Source: the human T2T-CHM13v2.0 reference genome, Homo sapiens
Assembly: GCF_009914755.1 (NCBI RefSeq)
Contig: NC_060930.1
Reading direction: 5' to 3' (one strand)
Length of the DNA stretch: 64,000 nucleotides
How positions within the stretch are numbered: the stretch's first letter is position 1; every line of letters begins with the position of its first letter. Made by a program: the position numbers and the translations under genes. Positions 1 to 12,159 of this stretch are shown here, piece after piece. The notes under the pieces were generated by a model, which saw nothing but the letters and a program-made list of their open reading frames with translations, was not told where the DNA came from and did not search any database.

Positions 1-810
1 TGAGAGAGAAGCAACTAAATTCTAATACCTTCTAATTTGAGACTCAGATTTATTGAAACCTGTTAAAGTTTCTACTAGCAACAGACAAAACAAGATACCC
101 AGAAAATAAAATTTCAGTTGAGATAGACAGAAATGGGATCATTTGACTTAAGTAGAAGATCACTACCACTTATCTAACTTTTCTCACAATTGGCATTGAT
201 AATATTCTTTAGTAGCTGTCATTGGGTTATGTAGATAATCTATTAATCAGATATCAGTAATAAACATTTCACAGTAAAGTGGCCAGTTTCTCAGTTAAGT
301 GATGGCTTTTTTCAGCCTCATGGTAATGTGCTTCGGTTCCGACTTCAGAACTAGAATAGAGCCAGCTTGGCTGACTACTTGAATAAGACTGATAGTGTTG
401 ATAAACTTAGTGAAAATGACTTATTTTATAATACAGATTAAGAAAACAACATTTTATATTCTCATGTGCCCCAATGACTCTTATTGAGAGATATTGAGTT
501 TATGGACATTTTCTAAAACTATCTATGCCAACGGCACCCAATTTGTTTGCTAAGATCCAGCAGGAAGCTGATTGGAAGTGATTGGTGAGTGTAAATGCAC
601 AAAAACATTATCTGTAGAGTAAATGAATAAAAACTTGTGATATCTATCTACCTACTTACGTACCTGGCATATCTATATGCACACACGTGTGTATTTGTGT
701 TCACATGTAGATTATTTTCTGGTCATTCTGTAGTTCCTTAAACTTTTTAGATCCTACAACTGCAATGACTCTCCTACAGAAGAACCATGACATTCTGTGT
801 AAAAGCGATC

Positions 811-1502
811 TTTTTTTTTTTTTCTTGTCTTCAACTTGTATTTTAAGTTCCAGAGTACATGTGCAGGAGGTACAGTTTTATTACACAGGTAAACATGTGC
901 CATGGTGGTTTGCTGCACAAATCAACCCATCACCCAGGTATTAAGCCCAGTATCCATTAGCTATTTTTTCTGATATGGTCCCTCCCTCCACCCTCCAAGA
1001 GGCCTCAGTGTGTGTTGTTCCCCCACATGTGTCCATGTGTTCTCATCATTCAGTTCCCACTTATAAGGGAGAACGTGCAGTGTTGGGTTTTCTGTTTCTG
1101 TATTAGTTTGCTGAGGATAAACCTTCCATCTCCATTCATGTCACTGCAAAGAACATGATCTCATTCTTTTTTATAACTGCGTAGTATTCCATGGTGTGTA
1201 TGTACCACATTTTCTTTATCCAGTCTATCATTGATGGTCATTTGGGTTGATTCCATGTATTTGCTATTGTAAATAGTGCTGCAATGAACATACGTGTGCA
1301 TGTAACTTTATATAGAATGACATATTCCTTTGCATGTATACCCAGTAATGAGATTGCTGGGTCAATTGGTATTTCTTTTTCTAGATCTTTGAGGAATCAG
1401 CACACTGTCTTCCACAATGGCTGAACTCACTTACACGCCCACCAACAGTGTAAAAGTGTTCCTTTTTCTCTGCAATCTCACCAGCATCTGTTGTTTCTTG
1501 AC
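811..1502 (-). mobile_element. 5'-truncated L1PA-type LINE-1 (3' end)
   Basis: Poly(T) at 811 is followed by the reverse complement of the L1PA 3' UTR/ORF2 end. Flanked by a degenerate TSD: tgtaaaagcgatc (798-810) and tgtaaaagtggtc (1503-1515). Confidence 0.93.
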
Positions 1503-1967
1503 TGTAAAAGTGGTCTTTATTAAAAAAGATTTAGGAATTAATGCTGTAGGCTACAGAGTAAGTTTTTGCTTCTGTGGATTATAAACTCAGTTAAAAAATT
1601 GGTTTGAAAGCTAATTATACAAGCTTGAGGAGTTACATCCTTTCTATTTTCTTATAAAATTCTCAGTTGCTATAATTAATCTGGAAAGTTTTGTGTGTAA
1701 GAGAAAGTGATTAAAGAGAGAAGGAATGAAACTTTGAGCAATCTATTACTTGACTGTCAGATCAATCTAATTAGAAGTTTATCTCAGCAGCTTATTAACC
1801 TGTGCTAGTTGTCAAATGTGGACATTTAGGCAATCAAACCATCCCTGGTTGCCTATTTCCCGTTTCTTATGTCTATTCTTTAGTTTCAGATGTGGCCTCC
1901 GTTTTCAACTCAGTATTTACTTTACCCTTTTCCTCAAGCTCCCTGTGATGATTTTGAAGTAAGGGAG

Positions 1968-2084
1968 TGTTCAGACTTGTGTTCAGTGTTAAGACAGAGC
2001 TTAAGTTGTCAATCTGTATAATTTGTTGTTCAGACTTGTGTTCATTGTAAGATAGAGCTTAAGTTATCAATCTGTATGATTTAT
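1968..2084. repeat. Two-copy ~59 bp tandem duplication
   Basis: tgttcagacttgtgttca...gagcttaagtt(g/a)tcaatctgtat occurs at 1968-2026 and 2027-2084. Confidence 0.9.
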
Positions 2085-2982
2085 TAAATAGCTGTATGAC
2101 CTCACAAACTTTCTAAACATCATTTAACAAATCAGGTTAATCTAATAAACATTTACACAGTGTTTGCTCTCAAAACTAGAACTCTGGGAATTTGGTTCCA
2201 GGATCTGTGTCTTGAAGTTATCTTACATGTTTCATGGACATTGTATTACCTCACAGACATTCTGTGATCATCAAAAACATTTCTGTATCTCAAAGTGTTT
2301 TGAAGCTTTACGTTAGTATTAGCTATAAAGATGATATTACTATCGGTACAGTTCCTAATGATTTTTGTGATTTAATTATTTTTGTACTAATCACACAGAA
2401 TTCTGCATTTCCTATTCAGTAGATACTAGTTATAAGACATCTCCATTTTTCATCAGACCTCTACAGTTTCCAGTTTCAGTTGCAATACACCTACACCTTA
2501 CTTTCATCTATGGCCTATGTTTTAAAATTTGTTGTTCAAGAAAACAAATACAAAAAAACATGAAGGACTGAACTGATGCTATGGCTTCCTGCTTGCAGTG
2601 AATCAGATCTCTTGATCCATGTCATGATGAAAGTACTATTTGTTCCTTCTCTTTGATCTCTCTAAACTCCTATTAGTTTGGGTACCTTTGATTTGAGGAC
2701 TCCTGATAATAATTATGTGTGTCATTTAGACTTCCTTGTGTCATTAACTTTCTTCTGCTAATTAGTAGAAAATTGATATTCAAAATGCTGAAATGTTTCC
2801 ACAGAGCTGCTTTATATACTGAATGTCTCCCACTACTCTCTGACCCTTAGGAGAAAACGTAGCTCCTCAAATGATGCTATATAACCAAGAGGACATCACA
2901 GACTGGACAGTGGTTGGTAATTCAGTTTCTTTTATTACTAATCCTTGTACTCACTGTGCTTTACTTTTGAGGGATGCTGATT

Positions 2983-2988
2983 TTTATT
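2983..2988 (-). terminator. Candidate polyadenylation signal of DEFB133 (second copy at 2931-2936)
   Basis: AATAAA on the minus strand just downstream of the TAG at 2999-2997. Confidence 0.5.
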
Positions 2989-2996
2989 TCAAACTT

Positions 2997-3121
2997 CTAC
3001 ATATAACAGTTGGCATTTAGTTTTGTGCAGAAACCAATTGGTTTTTCAAAATCATGACACTCATGTCGACATTTGCCTCTCATGATAAAGCAACTATAGG
3101 TGTCTTTCACGGCACATTTCA
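2997..3121 (-). CDS. DEFB133: Beta-defensin 133 exon 2 (mature peptide region)
   Basis: Acceptor ctttttccccttttaacag, then TG AAA TGT GCC... = KCAVKDTYSCFIMRGKCRHECHDFEKPIGFCTKLNANCYM*. Spacing is C-x6-C-x3-C-x9-C-x6-C-Y with the conserved GxC and E. Confidence 0.92.
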
Positions 3122-3469
3122 CTGTTAAAAGGGGAAAAAGAAAGCACATAAACCATTGAGTCATTATAAGTGTCTTAAGGTCCCACCTTGGGATAAATCA
3201 GTTGTCAATGTGAAAATAAGTATAGCCCTTGCATTCTGGGGTAGGGATTTGGGAAGTCATTTGTTTTGTATTTTTCTGGTGATGATTGTTCTGTGATACT
3301 TTCTGTTTCATTCTCAGTTTCCTCTCCAACTTCTGGCTTGATCCACTAGTTGTTAAAGCTTAGTTTTCCCTGAGAATTTCTAAATAAAAATTGTTAGATT
3401 TCAAGTAGTTCTGGAATGAACACCACATATTTCTATGGCTACTTACCTACTACCCACCTAACATGATTT

Positions 3470-3580
3470 TTTTAAAAAAACAACTTTATTGAGGTATAGT
3501 TGCTATAAAAAGAACTGCACATATTTAATGTGTACAAATGATGAATTTGGGCATATACAAATATCTATGATCCCATCACC
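3470..3580 (-). mobile_element. Old L1M 3'-end fragment
   Basis: aactttattgaggtatagtt...actgcacatatttaatgtgtaca is typical of reverse-complement L1M 3' termini. Confidence 0.65.
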
Positions 3581-5599
3581 TCCCAAAGGCTTTTTTCTCC
3601 AATTTCAAAAAAAAAAATTAAACATTTAAACATTTTTGGTTTCAGGATTTAAAATGGGAAGATTCATTAATGTTGCTTCAATTGCTATCTTGCTCGAATA
3701 TTTTTTATAAATCTCTTTTATTAGAAGAGTGAAAAAAACCCTAGCAGATACTGGGATAAGAGAGGTTCTTTGAATATTCACAAAGATTTGAGCCTAGGCA
3801 GGAGCCTGGTTTGCTGGGGGGATGAGTGTTGTCATGAATGACAAGCCTTAAGTTCAAAGAGAAAGAGGTAGTATCTCTCAGCATCTCCGTATGTTTCCTT
3901 GTTTCAGAGTCTTCTCCTTTATAAAGTTCTCAGGATTGCATCATCATAGCATATACCAGCTGATGAACTCATCTACATCTGGCCATAAGACTTAATGTTT
4001 CATCTCTTCACAAAATGTTTAAATTTTTAGAAAGGTCACATAAGGAGGAAGACGCCCAAAGTTAAAGCATTAAATGTAATGGTAAATTATCAAATATCAG
4101 TGACAAAGGTATGTGAAAGGTGCTCTTTCTCTAGGTGCTCAACATATAGGATCCAACTGAGATGGAGTCAAAGGTACTGATAACCCAATTCATGTCATCT
4201 GCTTTCAGTGAAGTTATGTTAGCATACAGTCTTACTGTTACTTGGAGTAACTAGACATTTTAGGAAAAAATTGAACATATTATTTTGAATTTTTTGCCAA
4301 ATATTTTAGGCAACGAGATATGCTTTTTCACTGTATAAATTAATGATAGATATCTCTTTATTTGTATTATCTAGAGAGATGCTATTTATTGCCTTTGATG
4401 CCAGAGGGAAAAAGCATTATCTTGCCAGCTTAAAAATGCATCCTCAGATTACACTGTCCTACATGATGGGTGTGAAGCATGTATGTTGACTTAATTGGAA
4501 TTTACAAATAATAGAAGATGACAGCTGTCAAACACTAGTATTAAAAAAAGAATAGCATTATTTAAGTGGGAATTGTAAATTAGCATTTTTCCACTAGTAA
4601 CAAAAACAACAAACAGCTTCTCTCTAGATAACAGCTATGTATAACATAAAAATTTATTTATGTACAAGAAGGAATCACAAATTTCTCAATTTTTAGATGA
4701 ATCTATGCACATACATTCATAATGTCTCTTGGGTTTATAATGAAACTGAAAATGTCATGAAAATTTTCACCTTTTTTCCCAAAGCAAGTGACATGAGGCA
4801 CACATGTAAATCATGATAACATAACTGGAGCTAATTTTATTATCCAAATGTGGTTGCACTAAATAAGTCTTCTTTATTTTAAGATCACCCCCATATGGTT
4901 TTAGTAAAAACAAACCCTGATTGTAATTCCATTAGTCTTGAGTTTAGAATGATGTAATAAAATAACAATCCTCAAAATTATCATCTGACATATTTTACTT
5001 GAATTATAAAACAATTAAAATGATTTGAGTCTTTTATCCAAAATACTTAGATGTTTGAGTTTACTCACAGCCAGACTTATTGTTAGAGCTAGACTTCCTT
5101 GGTCTCATCTGTGCTGCTAAGGAATGAAGTTGGACTTCAAAGAGGAAACTCTTGCAGTTCTAGACCACTCCTAAATCAGAATGCCCTATAGTTATTATTT
5201 TTTTGTTTGTTTTATTTTCTTAAGGTGAGTGGAATTATTTTCTTGGGTGTGTGTAAAATGATTGTTTACAGGGTCTTTACATAAATAAGAAAAATACTTT
5301 TCCTATCATAAGTACCCTGAAATGTGTTAAAACAGCTCTTTCGATGATCTCCATCAAGATACTTCCTTTGGCTATTGATCTAATCTAATAGTAGTGTGTA
5401 CAATGAAAGTTTACAAATGAGGGTACACAGTTTAAGTATGTGAAATCCAACATGGTAAATATTACCTCCCCTGTTTCCTGCAATAGTTGTCAAGAAAGAG
5501 TTTCTCGATGAGATTTCTAGACGTTACTTGCTTTTTAAGGTGTTTTAATACAATGTAAAAGTAATTATAATACTATTTAAGATGAATCTGATGTGTATT

Positions 5600-5800
5600 A
5601 TACTTTATGTTGGGCATTTTGTATATTTAAATATCATTAATCATCATAATACTACAGATAGACTTAATTACTGTATTTAATTCGCAAATGAGGAAATTGA
5701 TGCTGAATGAGTGTAAATAACCTGATAGATTTGCATAGCCAATACATGGCAAAAGCCAAATCTGAACCCAGGTATCAATTATTCCAAAGTTTATACTCAT
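5600..5800 (-). mobile_element. MIR SINE
   Basis: Core motif caaatgaggaaattgatgct...tctgaacccagg. Confidence 0.7.
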
Positions 5801-6282
5801 TTAATTATCTGGTTAGTATTAATTGCTATGTAATTGGACCTGAGGTAATACAGCCACTGAAGTTCTCAATTCTTAATCAGTTGAAAACACCATTTTGTGT
5901 TTTTCTCAAAGTAAACCTTGTGACATAATATAACCAAACCTATCATGAGGTTACTGAAAAACCAACTGTTACTCTACTACACAGTGCCCATCAATGTCTC
6001 AAGGATCCAGATGGTTATACTTTAATATTCTATCCAAGTAGTCAGTCTGGACAACCAGCCTGTAGTCATTTAATCAAGGCCTTTAAATTGTCTCATACAA
6101 TAATATGACTCACCCGGAGCCTTACTGTTTAGTAAGACCACAGTCCTTTATTTGTGATTTACTCTTGGGACCGTAACCAACCACTCTCTTAACAATCTGG
6201 TCACTCTTGTGTCTCCAGTTGACATCGACCAAAATGCAACTCTCCAGAAAGATATTTTACCCTCTCAATATTTACATTTTAC

Positions 6283-6341
6283 CTGGTGGCAATGGGGACC
6301 AGAAAGAAAAATAAAACAAAGAGAAAGACGTGAATCTTCAT
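6283..6341 (-). CDS. DEFB133: Beta-defensin 133 exon 1 (signal peptide)
   Basis: ATG AAG ATT CAC GTC TTT... = MKIHVFLFVLFFFLVPIAT + AG, then the GTAAAA donor. The exon is 59 nt. Confidence 0.9.
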
Positions 6342-6409
6342 GATTGAAGACAGTCAGCCGAATTAGCAGCTCTGCAGTGTTTGAATAAGAGAAAGGTGGA
6401 GAGCACATC

Positions 6410-6417
6410 TTTTTATA
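6410..6417 (-). promoter_or_regulatory. TATA box of DEFB133
   Basis: TATAAAAA on the minus strand, about 70 nt upstream of the ATG. Confidence 0.65.
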
Positions 6418-6665
6418 CTTCTCTCCATGCAGTTGTACGAATTTAGACACTGGGGTTTATCAAAAGTTAACACTCCTGTTTAGCAGTGCCTGGGGCAAAA
6501 ATGCAGGACATTACTTTTCTTTTATCTTGGGATATAAAGGGTTATGATATCCATAGTATATAATTATCTTTTTAATAACTGGTTGTCTAGGAAGTGCATG
6601 CCACTGAGAATCTCCTATTGAAGGTCTGAAAAGTAGAAGCATGAGAATTTAATCTTTGCTTTTGA

Positions 6666-6913
<248 letters not shown>

Positions 6914-6978
6914 CAGTTTTTCTCTTTTTTAAATAGCTATACATAATGAATAAACTAGTGAATTTAAAAAGCAATATA

Positions 6979-7269
6979 CTCACACCCGTAATTCCAGCAC
7001 TTTGGGAGGCCGAGGCTGGCGGATAACTAGGTCAGGAGATCAAGACCGTCCCGGCTAACACGGTGAAACCCCGTCTCTACTAAAAAATAGAAAAAAATTA
7101 TCCGGGCGTGGTGGCGGGCCCCTGTAGTCCCAGCTACTCCCAGAGGCTGAGGCAGGAGAATGGCGTGAACCCTGGAGGCGGAGCTTGCAGTGAGCTAAGA
7201 TCGCGCCACTGCTCTCCAGCCTGGGCGTCAGGGTGAGACTCTGTCTCAAAAAAAAAAAAAAAAAAAAAA
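6979..7269 (+). mobile_element. AluY-like SINE
   Basis: ggctaacacggtgaaacccc...gagaatggcgtgaaccc...gagcttgcag, then a poly(A) tail. agcaatata occurs on both sides as a TSD remnant. Confidence 0.95.
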
Positions 7270-7984
7270 GCAGCAATATAAATTATTGTCTCCTAATTTG
7301 TGACTTTAGTTACAGATCCCCCTGATCTGTTGTTATTGCAAAAACCTCCCTCATCATTACTGAAATAAATAATTCTTTGTTGTCTCTTGCATGCAATGTA
7401 GATATTAGGGACACTGAGGTATAAGAGAATTTCACAATAAGCACACAAACACACATTCACACACATATACAGGCAGATAAAAATTCTGTGTTTGCAAAAT
7501 GCCGAATGATGACACTCGCAATAAGTAGTAAGTCATTTTAATAAAAAAATGGATTATTTGGATGTTCTTTAAGGAGATTATTTTAGCTATAGTTATGAAA
7601 AAGAGTATGTTTAGCAAGAGATCCAAGTCATATTTTGTTACTTCCAGGTCTTAAAAAAGAATACCCAAGCAAAGCAAAGCAAAGCAAAATATGACTGGAA
7701 GTACTTAGGGGTAGTGATTACCATGGCCCACTAAAGAGAAGTTAAAATAAAATGCCCAATTCACAGACATTAAATGTTTCTGCTTTTAGATGGTAAGAAA
7801 AATGTTTTTTTAATTAAAGATTAAAAAATGTAATAAAGCTCATTATGTTTAATTGACAAACCAAGCAACTTGGAACATTGCAAATTATTCAATGGCTGTT
7901 TATGTAAGGAACTGTTGAATTCCTAGGACCAGTCTCAGGAACAGGTTTGCAAAAGTGGAATTCAGTCCTCAGAACTATTTATAT

Positions 7985-8620
7985 ACCTAAATGTGAAAAC
8001 TATCACATGCAGAAAAATATATTTACACACATATATATATGCATGTTTATATAAAATATATTGAAAAATATATAGAGAAACATTTTATGATCTTCTCACA
8101 GGAAAGGTGTTTTTAAGCAAGAAAAATGCTTTAGAAACCATATAATAGATGATACAATTTAACTATGTACAAATGTATAATTTTTTATGATCCCCAAACA
8201 AGCAGAGTTTGAATAAAACATTTGCAACATATAAAAGCCAAGAGTAGACATAAAAATATACACAAAGATTGTGTAAAATTGTTTACAGATATGAATAATC
8301 CTAAAGAAAGTTAAACGATGGTTATAAAAATTAAATCACAGGAGAGAAAGTACAAAAATACAACAAACTTATCAAAAATATTTAACACTTTGGGAATGAG
8401 GATAATATAAATAAATTTCCCTATGAATTTTTTTTATAATTACATGTTGCCTTTTTTCAATTATAGAGCAATGATGAGTTGTAGGCCCATTGTGGGAAAC
8501 AGGCAGCACAGCCTAGCTGTGAATAAACATTAAAAATCCACATATACTTTGATGCAGCAGTTTCACATATTCTCATTTTTTCTGCAGATAGTGTGCATAC
8601 AACTGTACACAAAGATGTAT
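7985..8620 (+). mobile_element. Highly degraded L1ME-like fragment
   Basis: A-rich sequence with L1 ORF2 3' motifs (cctaaatgtgaaaactat, atttgcaacatat, tactttgatgcagcagtttcac). Confidence 0.45.
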
Positions 8621-10967
8621 ATACACTGATTAGGGATCCTGGATCCTGCTCCACACCGTGTTTCCTGAACACCTCTGTATTTTGGAGTGCTTTTGTAGAA
8701 TTTTTTCAAAGTTCTCTTCTGCTGCCTTGTACTTGTCTGGGCTAGGAGGGCTACTGAGTGAAGAATCCCAGTTTCTGACTGGACCTGAGTAGGTACTGAT
8801 GTGGTTTCTTTCCTTTAGGCAATCTTCTGACCCTCTAGCCTTCCAAAGAATGCCTACTGTTAACCAGATGTCTCTGGAAGTTCTGAGATTCATGCTTAAA
8901 GGGACCCTAGACCAAGGCCCCTGGTTGGGCAAAAGGTATGGTGGGTAGATCACGCTTGCTGGTTGCCACAGAATTTCTTGTGCAAGATAATGAAAGATAA
9001 GGCTGCCAAAATGGTACTGACAATCTGATATTGGGCAACTTTTACCTAAATCTGACAGAGAAAGAGTTCAGAGCTTAGAGCTACTTATAGTTCACTGCTG
9101 GTCCTTGGACTTGAGCTGCATGTTTGGTTCCATGGAATGGGGACTTCTAGCACATCTGTATTTCCATAGCAGTGTCAACTCCAGCCTACAACACTCGAGA
9201 GAACCACATTCCTTCTCCACCTGCTGGTAGTTAGGCTCTATGAAGAACTGTCACATGCACTGGTTGGACTATAAACAAGAATGTAATATACCTTTTCTCC
9301 ACTCATTCTATTCCATTCCCTACCTTCCTCCATTTGTCAGGTGGTCCTAAGGATGAGTGAGCTTATTTTCTGGGAATTTTCCAGATTCTTGCTTCTCATT
9401 TTGAAATGCTAATGGGACCTTTAGATTAGTCAGTGTCTTCTCTTGCCTCTAATGGATGTAGTGATTTTATACTCTCCCTGGTTGGTCTTAAGCTCTGCAA
9501 AAGAAGGGATGACAGTCTTTGAATGAGACTACTCTTCTTGCTCAAACTGCAGGCTCCTCTATTGCCCTCACGTCTTGTAGTAGTGCATAGATGGGAGAAC
9601 AATAGTTGAACTAAAATAGATCACATTCTAGGAAGGTGGTGATTAATGCCTGAGAGTTCAATAAATGGTTGGAGGTGTTGTTCAATCTTTATGCTGTAAA
9701 ATTCCTAGCCATAAGTTTGACATGAGCAGAAACAAATTATCATTCACATTTTCCTTCATATTCTGGATAAGACTTATATTTGTGGTCATCACCAACACCT
9801 CACGGTAACAATCAAGAGAATCATTAAAACCTTCCTTCACAGGCAGCACGATGGTGCAGCATCAGTAGTAATGACAAAATCAGCAATAAAGAAAATGGCT
9901 AAAACTGCAAAGGCAAACTATATATTGTTTCAATAAAAACAGGTTCTGAGGAACCATGACCTTATGAGTAATAAAAGCATTCCTGACTTTTTCAAATAGT
10001 GGCAAGACCTGAAATTTGTGAGGATCAGGCATTTGTTTCCAGGCTCTATGAAGAATCTTAACATGCACGGACTGAACAACAAACTAATATGTAATATACC
10101 TCTTCCATACTCATTCTAAATCTTCCCTGACACATAGCAATTCCTCACATGGACCCCAAAATTTTGTGTAGCATTTTCAAATTAAATTATGTGTGCAAAC
10201 AGGCATTCTGTAAAAAAAAAATTTGTTGTGATGGTGCACACCCAAAGATTAATTCTGCTAGAATGCTATTTCTGCTCTTAACATATTTTCTCTTAAAATT
10301 AGATACCAAGATTTACCATATAGGAAACAAGTATTTCCAAAAACAAAAATCAAATTATGCATTATTACCTATAAAATTCTATCCTCTTCTATTCTACTAC
10401 TAACAGGCATACATTTTTGGCTAAATGAATCTCAGATAAACACCTCCACTTCAAAACCAATTCCAACACTTTTAATCCATAAAAGGCATTTTCTAGTTCC
10501 TCATATTCACGATCTCAGTATGAAATACGCTGGTACTCATTTCCTGCTCTCTTTTTCTCCCAATTAATAATCTAAAAAATGCAATGAAGATTTTTTTTTA
10601 CTGTTTTGAAGCTAGGAGAAGGGAATAATGTTCTCTCTAATTTTCCTGACTTCTCTTTCAAAATATGCATCTATACGTAATAATTATATATGTATGTATA
10701 TATCACATACACACACTATATACATATATAATTTATAATTTGCAGCTAGCTCTGCTTCACCTTGGTGAATTCTTTCTTTTTAGTGTACCTTTTTTATTTC
10801 TCTGGAAAGATGGAGATACAATGAAGGACTAGCAAAGGAGAATGGCTCAAGGGTGTATGTTCTTTTCTAGACTCTACCACAGCTGTTTTATTGTTTTGTC
10901 ACTCTTTGTTTCTCAGTTACCTTAATGTAAACTAAGGGTTTTGTAACTCAGTGATGTTTTGCTAGGT

Positions 10968-11507
10968 GTGTTGTAAAGAATTTTTAACCTTGCTTAAAGA
11001 GAGATCTGGTCTTTGCTGTCTACTTCTGAGAGATAATTTCTAAATTCTTAAGATGTCACGCCTTATAAAATGTCTCTGTGTGCCTGAGCATCTGGGGTCA
11101 CACCAGATACTCAATCAGTGTCATCTAGGGTGGGGACTTCAGGTCATGAAGTATCAATTCAAATTCCTGGACACTGAAGTGGGCTGACTAGGGTGATAGC
11201 TCATGTGTATTGCCACACATTGCTGGGAAAAGTAGCATTGTCTGTGACTGCCCTGGGAAACGACAACTGGAAGCTCTACTCTTGAAACTTCCTGGAGCTC
11301 TGCCTTACGTGTCTCTTCTATTTGCTGATTTTAAGTATATATATATTTTTTACTATAATAAATCATATTCATGAGTATAATAACTTTTATTTAATTCATT
11401 TAGCCCTTCTAGTGAATTATCAAAACTGAGGGTGGTCTTGGAGAACTCTGGACTTGCAATTTGGGATCAGGCGAAGCTGGTTTTAGAGACTGCCCCCTAA
11501 TTTTGCA
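10968..11507 (+). mobile_element. MER21-like solo LTR
   Basis: gacaactggaagct...tttgctgattttaa...aataaa...ccttctagtgaattatc...tgagggtggtcttgg matches the MER21 pattern. Confidence 0.75.
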
Positions 11508-11631
11508 CCAGGAATGAGAAATGCATCTTCTTCTACTCATCCTTCAGAGCACAGTTTAAACTTCACTTTTTCAGAAAATTATTTTCTGATTCCAACGGCA
11601 TTTTTTTTTCATTTAATAGTATATTGGTTCT

Positions 11632-12011
11632 TATGCACTGACTGAACAGTAAACAAACATGTCATTCTTATGTTGAAGTCCTAATTCTCAGTGTGATTGC
11701 AGTTGGAGACAGGATGTTTAAAGAGGTAATTAAAGTTAAGTGAGCTCATAAGTGTGGGGTTCTAATCCAATAGGATCGTGTCCTTATAAGAAGAGAAAGA
11801 GACACTGGGGATGCACACTTCAGATGTCCATGTGTGGGCAAAGCAAGAAGAAAAGCCTTGCAGGCCAAGGAGAAAGGTTTCAGGAGAAGTTAAGCCTGCA
11901 AACATATTGATCTCAAACTTTCAGACTCCAGAACTGTGACAAATGAACTTCTGTTTTTTAAGCCATCCTATCTGTGGTATTTTGTTATGGCAGCTCTTAC
12001 AGACTAATACT
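11632..12011 (+). mobile_element. MLT1 (MaLR) solo LTR
   Basis: tatgttgaagtccta...gaggtaattaaagttaa...ctaatccaat...tccagaactgtga...tggtattttgttatggcagc...gactaatac. Confidence 0.88.
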
Positions 12012-12102
12012 GTTCTTCACATCGTATTTTCTCATCATGCTAGCAAATTCACTTAAATGTTATTTAGTACAATTGAAATTCAATAATAAATCGCATGATT
12101 CT

Positions 12103-12137
12103 ATCACTTCTCGGCCTTTTGGGTAAGATCAAGTGTA
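12103..12137 (+). pseudogene. Tailless, 3'-truncated U2 snRNA retropseudogene (first 35 nt of U2)
   Basis: atcacttctcggccttttgggtaagatcaagtgta vs the U2 5' end ATCGCTTCTCGGCCTTTTGGCTAAGATCAAGTGTA (33/35). Flanked by a 16-bp TSD: ataaatcgcatgattc / attaattgcatgattc. Confidence 0.92.
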
Positions 12138-12159
12138 ATTAATTGCATGATTCCTAATT

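Larger units (their letters stand above)
2997..6341 (-). pseudogene. DEFB133: DEFB133 locus, apparently frameshifted (two exons, 3161-bp intron)
   Basis: The signal-peptide exon and defensin exon are both recognisable. Canonical GT-AG splicing joins a phase-2 donor to a phase-1 acceptor, giving MKIHVFLFVLFFFLVPIATSEMCRERHL*. The sixth motif Cys is replaced by Tyr. Confidence 0.7.

Noticed and set aside
6265-6450. 61-aa minus-strand ORF over DEFB133 exon 1 as a possible rescue frame
   Set aside because: It starts at or upstream of the TATA box and reaches the donor in phase 0, so it cannot join exon 2 in frame.
8630-8953. 107-aa ORF with PDKYKAAEENFEKI, vaguely J-domain-like
   Set aside because: No HPD motif, no flanking similarity, and no poly(A) or TSD of a processed pseudogene.
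9830-9920. Cys-rich minus-strand stretch (CLCSFSHFLYC*FCHYY*CC)
   Set aside because: Two stops, no GxC or conserved Glu, and wrong spacing. Consistent with chance in T-rich DNA.
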